A stretch of DNA of 64,000 bases from Candidatus Poribacteria bacterium (lineage in GTDB: Bacteria; Poribacteria; WGA-4E; PCPOR2b). How positions within the stretch are numbered: position 1 is the stretch's first letter; every line of letters starts with the position of its first letter. Location of the stretch: the NCBI GenBank assembly GCA_965198175.1, contig OZ240245.1:3392001-3456000 (forward strand). The letters run 5' to 3'. This document shows positions 40,147 through 50,106 of this stretch, one piece after another. A model generated the notes under the pieces. It worked only from the letters and a program-made list of their open reading frames with translations, made no database searches and had not been told where the DNA came from. The position numbers and the translations under genes are program-made.

Positions 40147-40482
40147 TTACCGTACGCCCAGAGTTTTAAGCGGAATTCGCCTGCGAATGCTGCGCGAGGA
40201 TATCCGTGAGGTCGCTAGACGCTTTCGCACAGCGTCAATGATTACGCTTGGCTCTATCCGCTCGTGCACGTGAAGCGATACGGTCAGAATTTCAAAGGAT
40301 GTCCGTTCCGCCTTACTCGCCCAGACGAGCGTCGGATCAAGGTGCGGATCGTAGGGGTAGGTTTTTTTGCCGGCATCTTGATCTGTCGCCGGAGTAACCA
40401 AACCGACAGGTTGGTTGTTGACCCGCTTCTTGCCCTTGTGCGCGTAGTTCTCAATGTCTCGTTTCGCTGTCTTGCTTGGCAT
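40147..40482 (-). pseudogene. N-terminal remnant of a site-specific DNA methyltransferase (type III Mod-like)
   Basis: Y.H...KR.NN.PVG, YDPHLDP.LVW..K.ERTSF....VSLHVHERI is the N-terminus of this MTase group; no catalytic domain follows. Confidence 0.7.
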
Positions 40483-40624
40483 AGTTCATCCTAAACGGAA
40501 ATCAATTCAAGTTAAGTTGTCACGGTCAAAAATGCTGCTCCGACAGAGTCGTGCGAGACCTGCTTAAGCGCGAAGGTGGCTTCGGCTAAGCGTTTGTCGG
40601 TTATGTAATTAATTGTTTTCACTC

Positions 40625-41725
40625 CTAACTCTCGTCGGAATCCGGTATCTCTGGGATAAGATCGACTTCTGCGGGGAAGAGGTCGGCGAGAGAGGAAATA
40701 GTCAGGCTACTTTCAAAAAATTCTCTCGCTCCCTCTGATTTTGCAACGATTTGGTTTACCCCAACCTTCAGTTTATCCGATACGCTCTCCACAGCGAACC
40801 CACTTGAGTCGTCGCTCGGTCCGACAACCGCTAGAAGCTGCCGCTCCTGATTTTGACGGAGAGACTGTTGCAGGATACCGTTTATGTGAGGGTCGTTAAA
40901 GCCGTAACCTATGCAAACAATGAGTCGTGCATCCAGGCTCCATCGTCTCAACTCGTACACGAGAAACAGAAATGGATCGACATATTGTAACTTATAAGAC
41001 GTTCCGAAGATGATAGCCGCCTTTTTATCATCTATGCTGGCAGTAACGTCGAAGTACGTAACCCTATCATCTTCGGTAAAGGCCCAGTCCGTTGATCCAT
41101 GGAGCTTGTAGAGCAGGAAGGGCGACAGATCTTTCGATGTCTCGTCGAACAATCGCCAGTCCCATGACCTTTCGGAGAATCCTCTCTGCACGTTCTCGTA
41201 ACCGCAGATTTTCTCCACGCACAGATCGTAATTCAAAGAGAACACCCGAAGCGGATATCCATACTCGCTTTGAAAGTTTAAAAGACCTTTGTAGTAAGAG
41301 GCAGTTTCCTCTTTCTGTAATGCAACCCAGTTTTTGCGGAGAATCTCTATGATAGCACTACGGAACTTGCGGACATTCTCAAACCCAATACCAGCCACAT
41401 CTTGCAACTTTGGATTCCATGCCCCAACGAATGGATAAAGTACGTGGCGTTCCTTCTTTCGGAGCTCGTCTAGAACATTAACTAGGATTTCGATGTTGTA
41501 CGGGACGTCGTCTCCAAATTTGCCTTCTAATCCAGCAGCGTAGAATATCGAACTCCGGAGATAATAATATAAGTCCCTAAAGTTGCTCCAGTTTGGGTCG
41601 TCCTCGGACACTAGTGCTTCTATCTTGTGAACCATTTCGTTAGAGTCAGGTATACCCGCCTCAACACTGGCGCCAGCACCGAGCAGCAAAATTATCTCAT
41701 TCCTTTTGAAGACAGTCTTCGCCAT
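40625..41725 (-). CDS. SIR2-like (SIR2_2) NADase-type protein, no APAZ domain
   Basis: LLGAGAS..AGIP, FSLNYDLCVE, YKLHGS, IGYGFNDPHIN; ATG overlaps the Argonaute stop (TAATG). Confidence 0.9.
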   Translation of the reverse strand: MAKTVFKRNEIILLLGAGASVEAGIPDSNEMVHKIEALVSEDDPNWSNFRDLYYYLRSSIFYAAGLEGKFGDDVPYNIEILVNVLDELRKKERHVLYPFVGAWNPKLQDVAGIGFENVRKFRSAIIEILRKNWVALQKEETASYYKGLLNFQSEYGYPLRVFSLNYDLCVEKICGYENVQRGFSERSWDWRLFDETSKDLSPFLLYKLHGSTDWAFTEDDRVTYFDVTASIDDKKAAIIFGTSYKLQYVDPFLFLVYELRRWSLDARLIVCIGYGFNDPHINGILQQSLRQNQERQLLAVVGPSDDSSGFAVESVSDKLKVGVNQIVAKSEGAREFFESSLTISSLADLFPAEVDLIPEIPDSDES

Positions 41726-43623
41726 TAAAGAAACCAAGGTTTCAGGATATCAACACCTACGTCAGGTAGCCCGTGATTTTCGAACTCCTTCAAATACCTA
41801 GCAATCAGCTGTGCATAGTAAACGGAGACTGGTAGTGATTTCGCATTGAACCCACGCCAGTTAGCCCCTGATAAGTTTATAGCATCTTGTAGGTGTGCTC
41901 TTTGCTGATCTCGGGTTAGTCCTTCACGGGGATACATGAATTGCACATGCACCGGCCTCCCAATCATCTCGCGTAGGACGGGCCGCTTGTATTGCAGCCC
42001 CTCGAACCAAACAAGGTGTTCATTGCGGGAAAGCGGAATCACAGTGCTTTCGTATGGCACACGAGTGTTGTGATCTACGGCATATCCGAAAAACTTGTTC
42101 CGGTCGTTGAATTTGATGGACACGAATTCTCCGGGCTGTTTCTGTTTTTTCTGCTGCTCCTCAAGTGCGCTGGCGATACTATCGAGTTCGTTGCGCCGGA
42201 TTGAGAAGGTGCTGTGGACCACGAAGCTTGAGAATCGAGAGGAGAATTCTGTAAAGATCTTTCGAAGGTTGGTGGAGAAGTTCTGAATGTAGTCTTCTTC
42301 CTCTTGGGCATCCGCAAGAATCTTGACGTCCTCAAAGACACCACTGGAATCAGTAAGCACAGAATAAGCAAAAAACCTCTCTATGCCCTCGTCAGAAACC
42401 CGGTGAGCCTTCCCAATACCTACGATTAAGCAATGCTCTGTTCGAGGGCGGACCTTCCACGGTGTTCCTCCCAACTTTGCGAAGACCTGAAGTCCAATGC
42501 TTGCAGCAGACCACTTAAGTATGTTTTTGTCTGCTACCGTTTCAGTCGCTACAACCTGGATCGGTAGTTCTTTGGATAGAAAGGCGTGCTTCAGGTTCCA
42601 GTAGGCTTTGTTTTCATCTGGAGCATCATGTTTACTAAAGGGGGTAAGCACTATGGGCACAACATTCCTACCGGCTGCATCTCTTACCACCTTGTCCCGG
42701 ATTTGCTGAATCTCGTCAGCGCCGAAATTCGATAGGGCTGTGCCGTTCACATTCTCTTTTGAAGTGGGCACCTGAAACATTCGTTCCATACCCGGAAACG
42801 TACCGAAGGTGTCGCCGCGCAGGGCTCGGTACAAATCATGTGAAAGAGGACGATCTTCATACCTGTAAAGGAAGTATAAATGAGTGCCTTGCGACTGTTT
42901 GAATGGACCAGATTGCTTGATTCCCATGAACTGTGAACGCGAAACGCTACCCGAGCCGACAATATAGTTTTTCGCGTCCAACATTTCGGGGTTTAGTTTC
43001 AACAGTTTTGGCTCAACTGCCACTTCGTAGCCACCTGGTATGGTGAGCGGAAAAATACGATGATGACACTTTTTAACGTAGGCGGTAAGATGCGAGTAAC
43101 GATCGGCATAGTAGTTCAAATTCCGCTGACTGTGCTTGTCAAGCGATAGGCTGAGTTCTTGCGCACGCCGTGTCCCACGATGCTCTGGAGTGGGATGAAA
43201 ACAGAAGTCGGCGAGCAACCCGAATTTGCCGCGTGTTCGAAGCAGATAGGGTTCTAGTGAGATAACCTGTTTTCCTTCAGGGTATTCAGCCATCAGGATT
43301 TCCAAGGGTTTTCGGAATCCCTCGACAACACTGAATTGATTGGCTTGCAGGTTGTTTTTACAGCTTTGAATAAGGGCATATCTGATAGCATCTATTGTGA
43401 CGCGGACATCATCAAACGGTTTGTACTCTACCTCCGCTCCATTCTCTGGATGTTGGAAAAACGTCCAGTAGAGATCGCGGATACCATTTATCGCAAGATG
43501 CCGATAAACAGCTTCTTCGTCTCCAATTGAAGGACGTTCGCCCTCCACGTAGGGCAAGCGATAGAACTTGATTGTAAACTCATCTGTGGCAAGTGGAAAG
43601 AAATTAAGGGCAATTCCGGCCAT
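41725..43623 (-). CDS. Prokaryotic Argonaute, catalytically inactive (long-B-like)
   Basis: MID motif YWNLK...PIQVV...AKLGGTPW; PIWI LIVGIG, VVHS, PYES, GRPVHV, LSGANWRGFNAKSLPVSVYYA; catalytic Asp positions substituted. Confidence 0.92.
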   Translation of the reverse strand: MAGIALNFFPLATDEFTIKFYRLPYVEGERPSIGDEEAVYRHLAINGIRDLYWTFFQHPENGAEVEYKPFDDVRVTIDAIRYALIQSCKNNLQANQFSVVEGFRKPLEILMAEYPEGKQVISLEPYLLRTRGKFGLLADFCFHPTPEHRGTRRAQELSLSLDKHSQRNLNYYADRYSHLTAYVKKCHHRIFPLTIPGGYEVAVEPKLLKLNPEMLDAKNYIVGSGSVSRSQFMGIKQSGPFKQSQGTHLYFLYRYEDRPLSHDLYRALRGDTFGTFPGMERMFQVPTSKENVNGTALSNFGADEIQQIRDKVVRDAAGRNVVPIVLTPFSKHDAPDENKAYWNLKHAFLSKELPIQVVATETVADKNILKWSAASIGLQVFAKLGGTPWKVRPRTEHCLIVGIGKAHRVSDEGIERFFAYSVLTDSSGVFEDVKILADAQEEEDYIQNFSTNLRKIFTEFSSRFSSFVVHSTFSIRRNELDSIASALEEQQKKQKQPGEFVSIKFNDRNKFFGYAVDHNTRVPYESTVIPLSRNEHLVWFEGLQYKRPVLREMIGRPVHVQFMYPREGLTRDQQRAHLQDAINLSGANWRGFNAKSLPVSVYYAQLIARYLKEFENHGLPDVGVDILKPWFL

Positions 43624-43748
43624 CTTGTATTCCTAGGCGCTCTTCTAGTTTTGGTCAGTAATTTCTGAATGAGTTAGAGCGAAGTTTTTCAGTCATTTCA
43701 AATCCTTTAATTCTATCGGTTTCTTCAAAAGGCGTGCGGAAGGCAAGT

Positions 43749-45110
43749 TTAGTTTCTGATGAAGAGTCCAATCGAAACCGTGGTGACGGAAATGAAACTC
43801 AAAACCAGCGACCAGTTTATTTGAAACCCCTTGTGAACTCGCAAGGAATCGCCTGGATGCAGTAATATCTCGGTTTCCGCTGTCTGTTCTTTGTGTTCCT
43901 TGAGGTTGATTTCTTGGACGCCTCCATCTTTTCGAATGATTTCTACCTTTCCGAGATTCGCCTCTGCCTCTTCGCCGCCAGCGTGTGCAATCGCTTGCGC
44001 CGGTGTAATTGGATCGCGAATCTTGTACGCACCGGGATTGCGAACATAGCCGAGCACGTAGATGGTTTCGACCTCATAAGCGTTGGGGATATACAGTATA
44101 TCTCCATCGTACAGATAGTGCTCCGTTTCTCCGTCTTTCTTCCAAAATTGATGGGGAATGCTGACTTCGATCCGTTCGCCATCGGCTCTCGTGATTACCA
44201 ATTCGGAAAGGTCGGCTCTATCATCTGCGCCTCCCGCCCGCGCGATGGCATCACCAACTCGAATCCGATCGTGAATCGGAATTCTGCCCGGGTTGTTGAC
44301 TTGTCCCTGCACTTCCACGACGCCGAGCGGAGAGACATACAGTGTATCGCCATCTTTCAGAAGGTACTTATCCTCCGCTTCCTCGGCTTCCCGCCAAAAC
44401 GGTTTAGAGAAGTTCACTTCGATTGGCTCGCTGCCGCGTCTGACAATAACCAATTTAGACAGATCCGCCCTATCATCAGGCCCACCCGCACGCGCAAGTG
44501 CATCACCAATTCGGATTTCGTCCTGAATCAGGATTCTCCCCGGCTTATTGACCTGCCCCTGCACATCGATGACACCTAGCACCATCACACGCACCAGATC
44601 TCCTCCGCTGACAAGGACATGTTCATAATCCTCGCCCGGCGATCGGTTGTATACCTCGACGGTCCCATTCAGGCGATAAATTTGGATGCGGGTGAGGTCA
44701 GCTTTAGCATCAGTACCGGCCGCCATTGCAATGGCGTGGTCCAACCCGATTTCATCCTGTAGCCGAAGTGGGTAACGGTTTGGCGCGTTGACAGCGCCGC
44801 CGACAAAAATCTCGTTTTCTCCAGGCAGCGGTGATACCATGATAATTGGATTCGCGAGCTGCTTCTGCTGACGCAGGTGTTCCCGGACTTGTAGATTCAC
44901 CTCCTCTGGTGTCTTGCCGGCAACTGACAGATCTCCGCCAAAGTAGCTAATGTTCCCATCTGCCCTGACCTTTACTGACTGCTTGTAATCACCTTGACCG
45001 ATGACAACAATCAGGAGCGTATCTCCCGGCTCGATTCGATAGTCCGCAATGGACGTGAGATTCACACCAAAAAGAAGGCATATAACGAAAATGAAGCGTA
45101 AGTATATCAT
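43749..45110 (-). CDS. Polysaccharide export protein with multiple SLBB domains (Wza/KpsD-like)
   Basis: YRIEPGDTL, VRADGNI, repeated VQGQVNxPG..ALARAGG..ADLS SLBB repeats, C-terminal helix. Confidence 0.9.
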   Translation of the reverse strand: MIYLRFIFVICLLFGVNLTSIADYRIEPGDTLLIVVIGQGDYKQSVKVRADGNISYFGGDLSVAGKTPEEVNLQVREHLRQQKQLANPIIMVSPLPGENEIFVGGAVNAPNRYPLRLQDEIGLDHAIAMAAGTDAKADLTRIQIYRLNGTVEVYNRSPGEDYEHVLVSGGDLVRVMVLGVIDVQGQVNKPGRILIQDEIRIGDALARAGGPDDRADLSKLVIVRRGSEPIEVNFSKPFWREAEEAEDKYLLKDGDTLYVSPLGVVEVQGQVNNPGRIPIHDRIRVGDAIARAGGADDRADLSELVITRADGERIEVSIPHQFWKKDGETEHYLYDGDILYIPNAYEVETIYVLGYVRNPGAYKIRDPITPAQAIAHAGGEEAEANLGKVEIIRKDGGVQEINLKEHKEQTAETEILLHPGDSLRVHKGFQINWSLVLSFISVTTVSIGLFIRN

Positions 45111-45143
45111 TAAAAGTAAACCCTCCACATCGACTCATACGGC

Positions 45144-45509
45144 TCAGAGGTCAGATTCGTGATTTTCAACGCTGTCTTCCGACAAAGAGGCGATGTACGC
45201 ACTGACAAGCTCCTCCGCACTTTCTAATTCGTCACGACGAACAAGAATATCGCCCCAATAAGGCTTTGGGCTTAGTCCGCCATGTGCAACGACTTCATGT
45301 GACCGCAACATGACATCGAAACCAGCCGACTCTAAAACGCTCTTGATGATGTTTCCAACCACTTCATTGGGGACCTGGTGGACAATCTCCCAATTGATGT
45401 ATTCGACAGTCTCCTCGGTTGGACGTTCCGGGACAAGCGCAACTCGGCAATCCGCACAAATCAAAATATGTTCAGTGTATTCAGCGTTGCACTGTGGGCA
45501 GAACGGCAT
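45144..45509 (-). CDS. DUF2007-like putative signal-transducing protein with N-terminal Zn ribbon
   Basis: MPFCPQCNAEY..CADC; IIKSVLESAG; ILV..DELESAEEL. Confidence 0.75.
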   Translation of the reverse strand: MPFCPQCNAEYTEHILICADCRVALVPERPTEETVEYINWEIVHQVPNEVVGNIIKSVLESAGFDVMLRSHEVVAHGGLSPKPYWGDILVRRDELESAEELVSAYIASLSEDSVENHESDL

Positions 45510-45525
45510 CCTAATAAACTCCTTT

Positions 45526-45713
45526 AGGACTTACGCAGTTGAACATCCAAAGGTTCGTAGTAGGGATCAACTGAGCGAATAGCGAAGGCGATAGAGTTCC
45601 CTCTTCATTGCCCGTCTCTACACAAAACAGCGTGTCTGGCGACGTACAAGGAAGTGACCGACCCGCCGACGCGCAATGAATTGCGCTACTACAAACCGAA
45701 CTGCGAAAGTCCT
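45526..45713. mobile_element. MITE-like element with 15-bp TIRs and an internal GTAG REP
   Basis: AGGACTTACGCAGTT ... AACTGCGAAAGTCCT (1 mismatch); internal GCGCAATGAATTGCGC-TACTAC. Confidence 0.7.
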
Positions 45714-45761
45714 CTCCTTGTAAACTCGATTCTTATGGCTGATGCTGGGGGGTTTCGCGGT

Positions 45762-48473
45762 TTATCCCGGTGCCATCAGATTTCTCAAGACGTAGTTGAG
45801 TATTCCGCCGTGTCGGTAATATTCGACTTCGACTGGGGTATCTATCCGAACCAGCAACTCTGTCTTTCGTTTCGCGCCCGCTTCATCAATATACTCCATG
45901 TTGACGGTTTGCCTGGGTTCGAGATTGGCTTCAACACCGGTGATATTGATGATTTCACTGCCATCCAAGTTCAGCGACTGGATGTTATCGCCGCTCTGAA
46001 ACTGTAACGGCAAGACTCCCATGCCAATCAGGTTGCTCCGATGAATCCTTTCAAAGCTCTCAGCGACAACCGCCTTGACGCCTAACAACCTAGCGCCCTT
46101 CGCAGCCCAATCCCGAGAACTGCCGGAGCCGTATTCTGCGCCGGCAAACACGACAAGCGGTATCCCATCCTCGGCATAATACTGCGCCGCCTCATAGATT
46201 GTAGTTTGTTCTCTTGACGGATATTTGAGCGTATAGCCACCTTCGACGCCGGGCAACATCAGGTTCTTGACGCGGTTGTTTGCAAACGTTCCGCGCGTCA
46301 TCACCCGATCATTTCCGCGTCTTGAACCGTAGGTGTTGAAGCCTTTAAACGGGACGTTCCGCCCGATTAGATAATTCCCAGCCGGGCTATCAACGCCAAT
46401 CGCACCAGCCGGAGAGATGTGATCGGTCGTCACCGAATCGCCAAGCAGGGCGAGGATGCGCGCTCCGCTAATATCTGTGATCAGATCGGGCTCCAATTTG
46501 AAATTCTCAAAGAACGGCGGTTTCTGAATATAGGTGCTTGCCTCACGCCAGCGATAAATCCCGCCTTTGGGCGGTACTAATCTGTCCCAATCGGGGCTTT
46601 GGGAGTCAATCTGCGCGTAGAGGCGTCTGAATGTCGCCGCATCTACCGATTGACTCATGAGCGCCGTAATCTCGCGGCTTGTGGGCCAGACATCGGCGAG
46701 ATAGACAGCCTCCTTCGCATCGGTATACCCTAAAGGCTCGCTGGTAAGGTCAATGTCAATCGTTCCAGCCAGTGCGAGAGCGACAACAAGCGGCGGTGAC
46801 ATCAGAAAGTTGGCTTTGACATCTCGGTGCACCCGCGCTTCAAAATTCCGATTGCCGCTGAGTACACTCGCCGTAACCAAGTTCTCCTCGTCAATTGCGC
46901 GTTGAACCCGCTCATCCAACGGACCGCTGTTACCGATGCAAGTGGTGCAGCCGTATCCCACGAGACCGAACCCCAACTTTTCAAGATAGCGCAGCAACCC
47001 GGTTTGGTTCAGATACTCCGTGACAACCCGTGAACCGGGGGCGAGGCTGGTTTTGACGTAATCGGGTACGCGGAGACCGCGCTCGACGGCTTTCTTCGCC
47101 AGTAAACCCGCGCCAATCATCACGGACGGATTGCTGGTATTGGTACAACTCGTGATGGCGGCGATGACGACAGTGCCGTGCGTAATCTCCCCCGTTTCGT
47201 TGCGATCGCCCTGACGCTGAGGGACATCCGATTCAGAAAGTCCATAACCGCCATCCGTAATCGGTCGGGTCAAGAGACCGGAGAAGGTCTCCTTGACTTT
47301 CGAGATTACAATGCGATCCTGCGGTCGCTTAGGACCTGAGATACTTGGCTCAATCTCGTCGAGATTGATGGTTAATACGGATGAATATTCTATATCCCCG
47401 TCTTTGGGGATACCGAACAACCCCTGTCTTTTGAGATACTCCTCTACCAGTTCAACGTGTGTTTCATCTCTGCCGGTTTGCTGGAGGTAACGCATCGCTT
47501 CAGCGTCAGGCGGGAAGAAGCCGATAGTGGCGCCATATTCGGGACACATGTTTGAGATGGTCGCACGATCCGGCAGGGAGAGGGTTTCTACGCCTTCACC
47601 GAAAAATTCGACAAACTTACCGACAACCTTCGTCTCCCGTAAACTCTGCGTGACCGTTAAGACGAGATCCGTCGCCGTGACGCCTTCATTGAGCGATCCT
47701 TTCATGTTGACCCCGACCACCTCCGGCGTCAAGATGTAAACCGGCTGACCCAACATGGCGGCTTCAGCTTCGATACCGCCGACACCCCAACCGACAATAC
47801 CCAGCCCGTTGATCATCGTCGTGTGAGAATCGGTTCCCACCAATGTGTCGGGGTAAGCGACGCCACCGCCGTTGACGGCGCTATTGACGACGAGCCGCGC
47901 CAGATATTCCAGATTCACCTGATGAACAATGCCGATTGATGGCGGAATAATCTTGAAACTGTCGAATGCCTCTTGCCCCCATTTGAGAAATTCGTACCGC
48001 TCTTTGTTGCGTTCAAACTCCATTCTAGTATTGATTTGCAGGGCGTTTTCAGAGCGGTAAGCATCCACCTGAACGGAATGATCTATCACCAGATCCACCG
48101 GGATGACCGGTTCGATAATTTGCGGATCGCCGTTGAGTTCATCGACTGCCGATCGCATCGCCGCGAGATCGACGAGGAGCGGCACACCCGTGAAATCCTG
48201 AGCAATCACGCGTGCGGGCTTAAAGGGGATTTCGACAGATTTAGGTTGCTTCGCGTTCCAATTCGCCAGATCCGTGATATCCTGTTCCGTAATCTGCTGA
48301 TTATCGTAATTCCTCAGCAGCGATTCAAGCACAATCCGTACACCTACGGGCAACTGAGAAACAGGACCAATTCCCTGTTCCTCTAACGCTGAAATTGAAT
48401 AGTAGTATAATTGCTTGCCGCCGCATTCAAATGACCGAAGCGTGTTCCATAGATTGTGCATAGATTTAGACAT
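45762..48473 (-). CDS. acnA: Aconitate hydratase A
   Basis: [54 protein letters not shown]. Confidence 0.97.
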   Translation of the reverse strand: MSKSMHNLWNTLRSFECGGKQLYYYSISALEEQGIGPVSQLPVGVRIVLESLLRNYDNQQITEQDITDLANWNAKQPKSVEIPFKPARVIAQDFTGVPLLVDLAAMRSAVDELNGDPQIIEPVIPVDLVIDHSVQVDAYRSENALQINTRMEFERNKERYEFLKWGQEAFDSFKIIPPSIGIVHQVNLEYLARLVVNSAVNGGGVAYPDTLVGTDSHTTMINGLGIVGWGVGGIEAEAAMLGQPVYILTPEVVGVNMKGSLNEGVTATDLVLTVTQSLRETKVVGKFVEFFGEGVETLSLPDRATISNMCPEYGATIGFFPPDAEAMRYLQQTGRDETHVELVEEYLKRQGLFGIPKDGDIEYSSVLTINLDEIEPSISGPKRPQDRIVISKVKETFSGLLTRPITDGGYGLSESDVPQRQGDRNETGEITHGTVVIAAITSCTNTSNPSVMIGAGLLAKKAVERGLRVPDYVKTSLAPGSRVVTEYLNQTGLLRYLEKLGFGLVGYGCTTCIGNSGPLDERVQRAIDEENLVTASVLSGNRNFEARVHRDVKANFLMSPPLVVALALAGTIDIDLTSEPLGYTDAKEAVYLADVWPTSREITALMSQSVDAATFRRLYAQIDSQSPDWDRLVPPKGGIYRWREASTYIQKPPFFENFKLEPDLITDISGARILALLGDSVTTDHISPAGAIGVDSPAGNYLIGRNVPFKGFNTYGSRRGNDRVMTRGTFANNRVKNLMLPGVEGGYTLKYPSREQTTIYEAAQYYAEDGIPLVVFAGAEYGSGSSRDWAAKGARLLGVKAVVAESFERIHRSNLIGMGVLPLQFQSGDNIQSLNLDGSEIINITGVEANLEPRQTVNMEYIDEAGAKRKTELLVRIDTPVEVEYYRHGGILNYVLRNLMAPG

Positions 48474-48549
48474 GTTGTCACTCCTACTGATAACTAAATT
48501 GATTTTGGGTATACCGTAGCGCTGCGTCAACCTCTCCTTCCACACCTTC

Positions 48550-48643
48550 TACCCTTACTAAGGAGACACTGCACAGCTCATCTCCCATGGTAAGGGGACA
48601 CCATCCAACTTATCCCCCTTGATAAGGGGGAGCTAGTGGGGGT
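48550..48643. repeat. Degenerate copies of the CCCC(T/C)CCTT..AAGG(A/G)GGG palindrome family
   Basis: TCCCCCTTGATAAGGGGGAGCTAGTGGGGGT matches the copy at 55897-55928. Confidence 0.7.
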
Positions 48644-48713
48644 CTATTGATATAGTAGCACAGCGCAGGTTAAATCTCAAAAGAATTTCGTCCGTGAAAG
48701 GGTATCGTGCAAA

Positions 48714-48745
48714 GAAACCGAGTTTTCAAGAAAAAACTCGGTTTC
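48714..48745. repeat. Palindrome GAAACCGAGTTTT-caagaa-AAAACTCGGTTTC
   Basis: Perfect 13-bp stem. Confidence 0.7.
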
Positions 48746-48790
48746 AAGTGGTTACCTATTGCCTCCTACTAACTTGCTGCTCCTGAATCA

Positions 48791-48860
48791 CGTTCTGCTC
48801 CGCTGGAGCAGAACGCTAAAGATTTTACGGATACTATAAACATCGCGATCCGCTGGAACG
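48791..48860. repeat. REP-like GCTCCGCTGGAGC doublet
   Basis: CGTTCTGCTCC-gct-GGAGCAGAACG followed by a degenerate CTATAAACAT..GATCCGCTGGAAC partner. Confidence 0.6.
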
Positions 48861-49137
48861 CAAGAGCGAAGCGTTACGGGTGTCTGTATTCTACTTGACT
48901 AATACAGTCAGTGCGAAAAACTCGATTTCCCCTGATTGCTCTGCACTCTCTTTTGACGTGAGCCAACAATCTCAACCCCAGCTATCTGAATATCGCCTCG
49001 AAATATGCCCTTGACATCCCGTTCGCGACCGTGTATAAGATATACCATCGGCGGTACTCACTCTCACCACGGGAAGGCAACATCACTTGCTCTCATTTCG
49101 CAATATTATATCATATAGTTAAGGTAAAAATATAGCC

Positions 49138-50010
49138 ATGTTAAGGTATATCCGATTCGGCTCGGTGTTGATGTTGTTTCTTTCCGCGATGATGGCAGCG
49201 TTGAGTTCGGGCTGTGATTCTCCGGTCGAGAAGCGTACGGTCGATATCGCGGCGTGGAACGTCCGCTTGTTCAGCGATAAAAGCCGGGATCCCACGGAGG
49301 TGAAGCGTATTGCAGACGTGCTAATCGACTATGATGTCGTGGCGATGGTGGAGTTGCGCGATGAACAGGTGCTAAAGCGCACGGTGAGCCAGTTGGAGGC
49401 GATGGGGCGGCGGTACGAATATCTAATCAGCCCTCCGGTAGGGCGTCACATGAAAGAACGGTTCGGATTCCTATATGATCCGCGTTTCGTTGCCGTCGTG
49501 GCGCCGGGGCAGGTGTATGACGATAGTGCGGACAGCAAGGATGACTTTATCCGTGATCCGTACTTCGCCACTTTTCGCGCAGGCAGTTTCGATTTCACGG
49601 CGATTGTAGTGCGCGTGATTTGGGGGAAGATGGAGGCGAGACGGCGGGAGATTCAAAAACTCGCGGACCTATACCTGCACATCCAACATGCGGATGCGAA
49701 CGAAAACGATGTAATCCTTCTCGGAGACTTTAATCGCAACCCCGACGACGGGCGGGCTTTTGCGCCGCTTGAGTCGATCCCCTCAATGATTACCCTGTTC
49801 GACCTACCACTAACATCTCATATCGAAGACACCAGCCTATACGACAACATCTTTTTCCAGAGTGGACATACTGCCGAATACACAGGGGAGTGCGGGATCG
49901 ATAAGTTTGATGAAACGGATTGGGCGAATAAAGATCGGGCTGCATCACAAGCAGTGAGTGACCGTCGCCCTGTGTGGGCGCGGTTCTGGATGCATCTCGA
50001 CGATGACTAG
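49138..50010 (+). CDS. DNase I-like (EEP family) lipoprotein, predicted inactive
   Basis: Lipobox SSGC; AAWNVR, YDVVAMVE, RDPY..TF, LGDFN, YDNI, SDRRPV (SDH expected). Confidence 0.85.
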   Translation: MLRYIRFGSVLMLFLSAMMAALSSGCDSPVEKRTVDIAAWNVRLFSDKSRDPTEVKRIADVLIDYDVVAMVELRDEQVLKRTVSQLEAMGRRYEYLISPPVGRHMKERFGFLYDPRFVAVVAPGQVYDDSADSKDDFIRDPYFATFRAGSFDFTAIVVRVIWGKMEARRREIQKLADLYLHIQHADANENDVILLGDFNRNPDDGRAFAPLESIPSMITLFDLPLTSHIEDTSLYDNIFFQSGHTAEYTGECGIDKFDETDWANKDRAASQAVSDRRPVWARFWMHLDDD

Positions 50011-50106
50011 CTTTTTCGCCGATTCAAGGGTCGCCTTACAATCTAGGGAATCATCATCGCAGGCAGATCAGCCATTTACTGAATTGACTCCAACAAGCCC
50101 TATCCC

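Noticed and set aside
40625..43623. Canonical SPARSA (short pAgo + SIR2-APAZ)
   Set aside because: SIR2 lies downstream and lacks an APAZ extension; the Ago carries its own ~245-aa N-terminal region.
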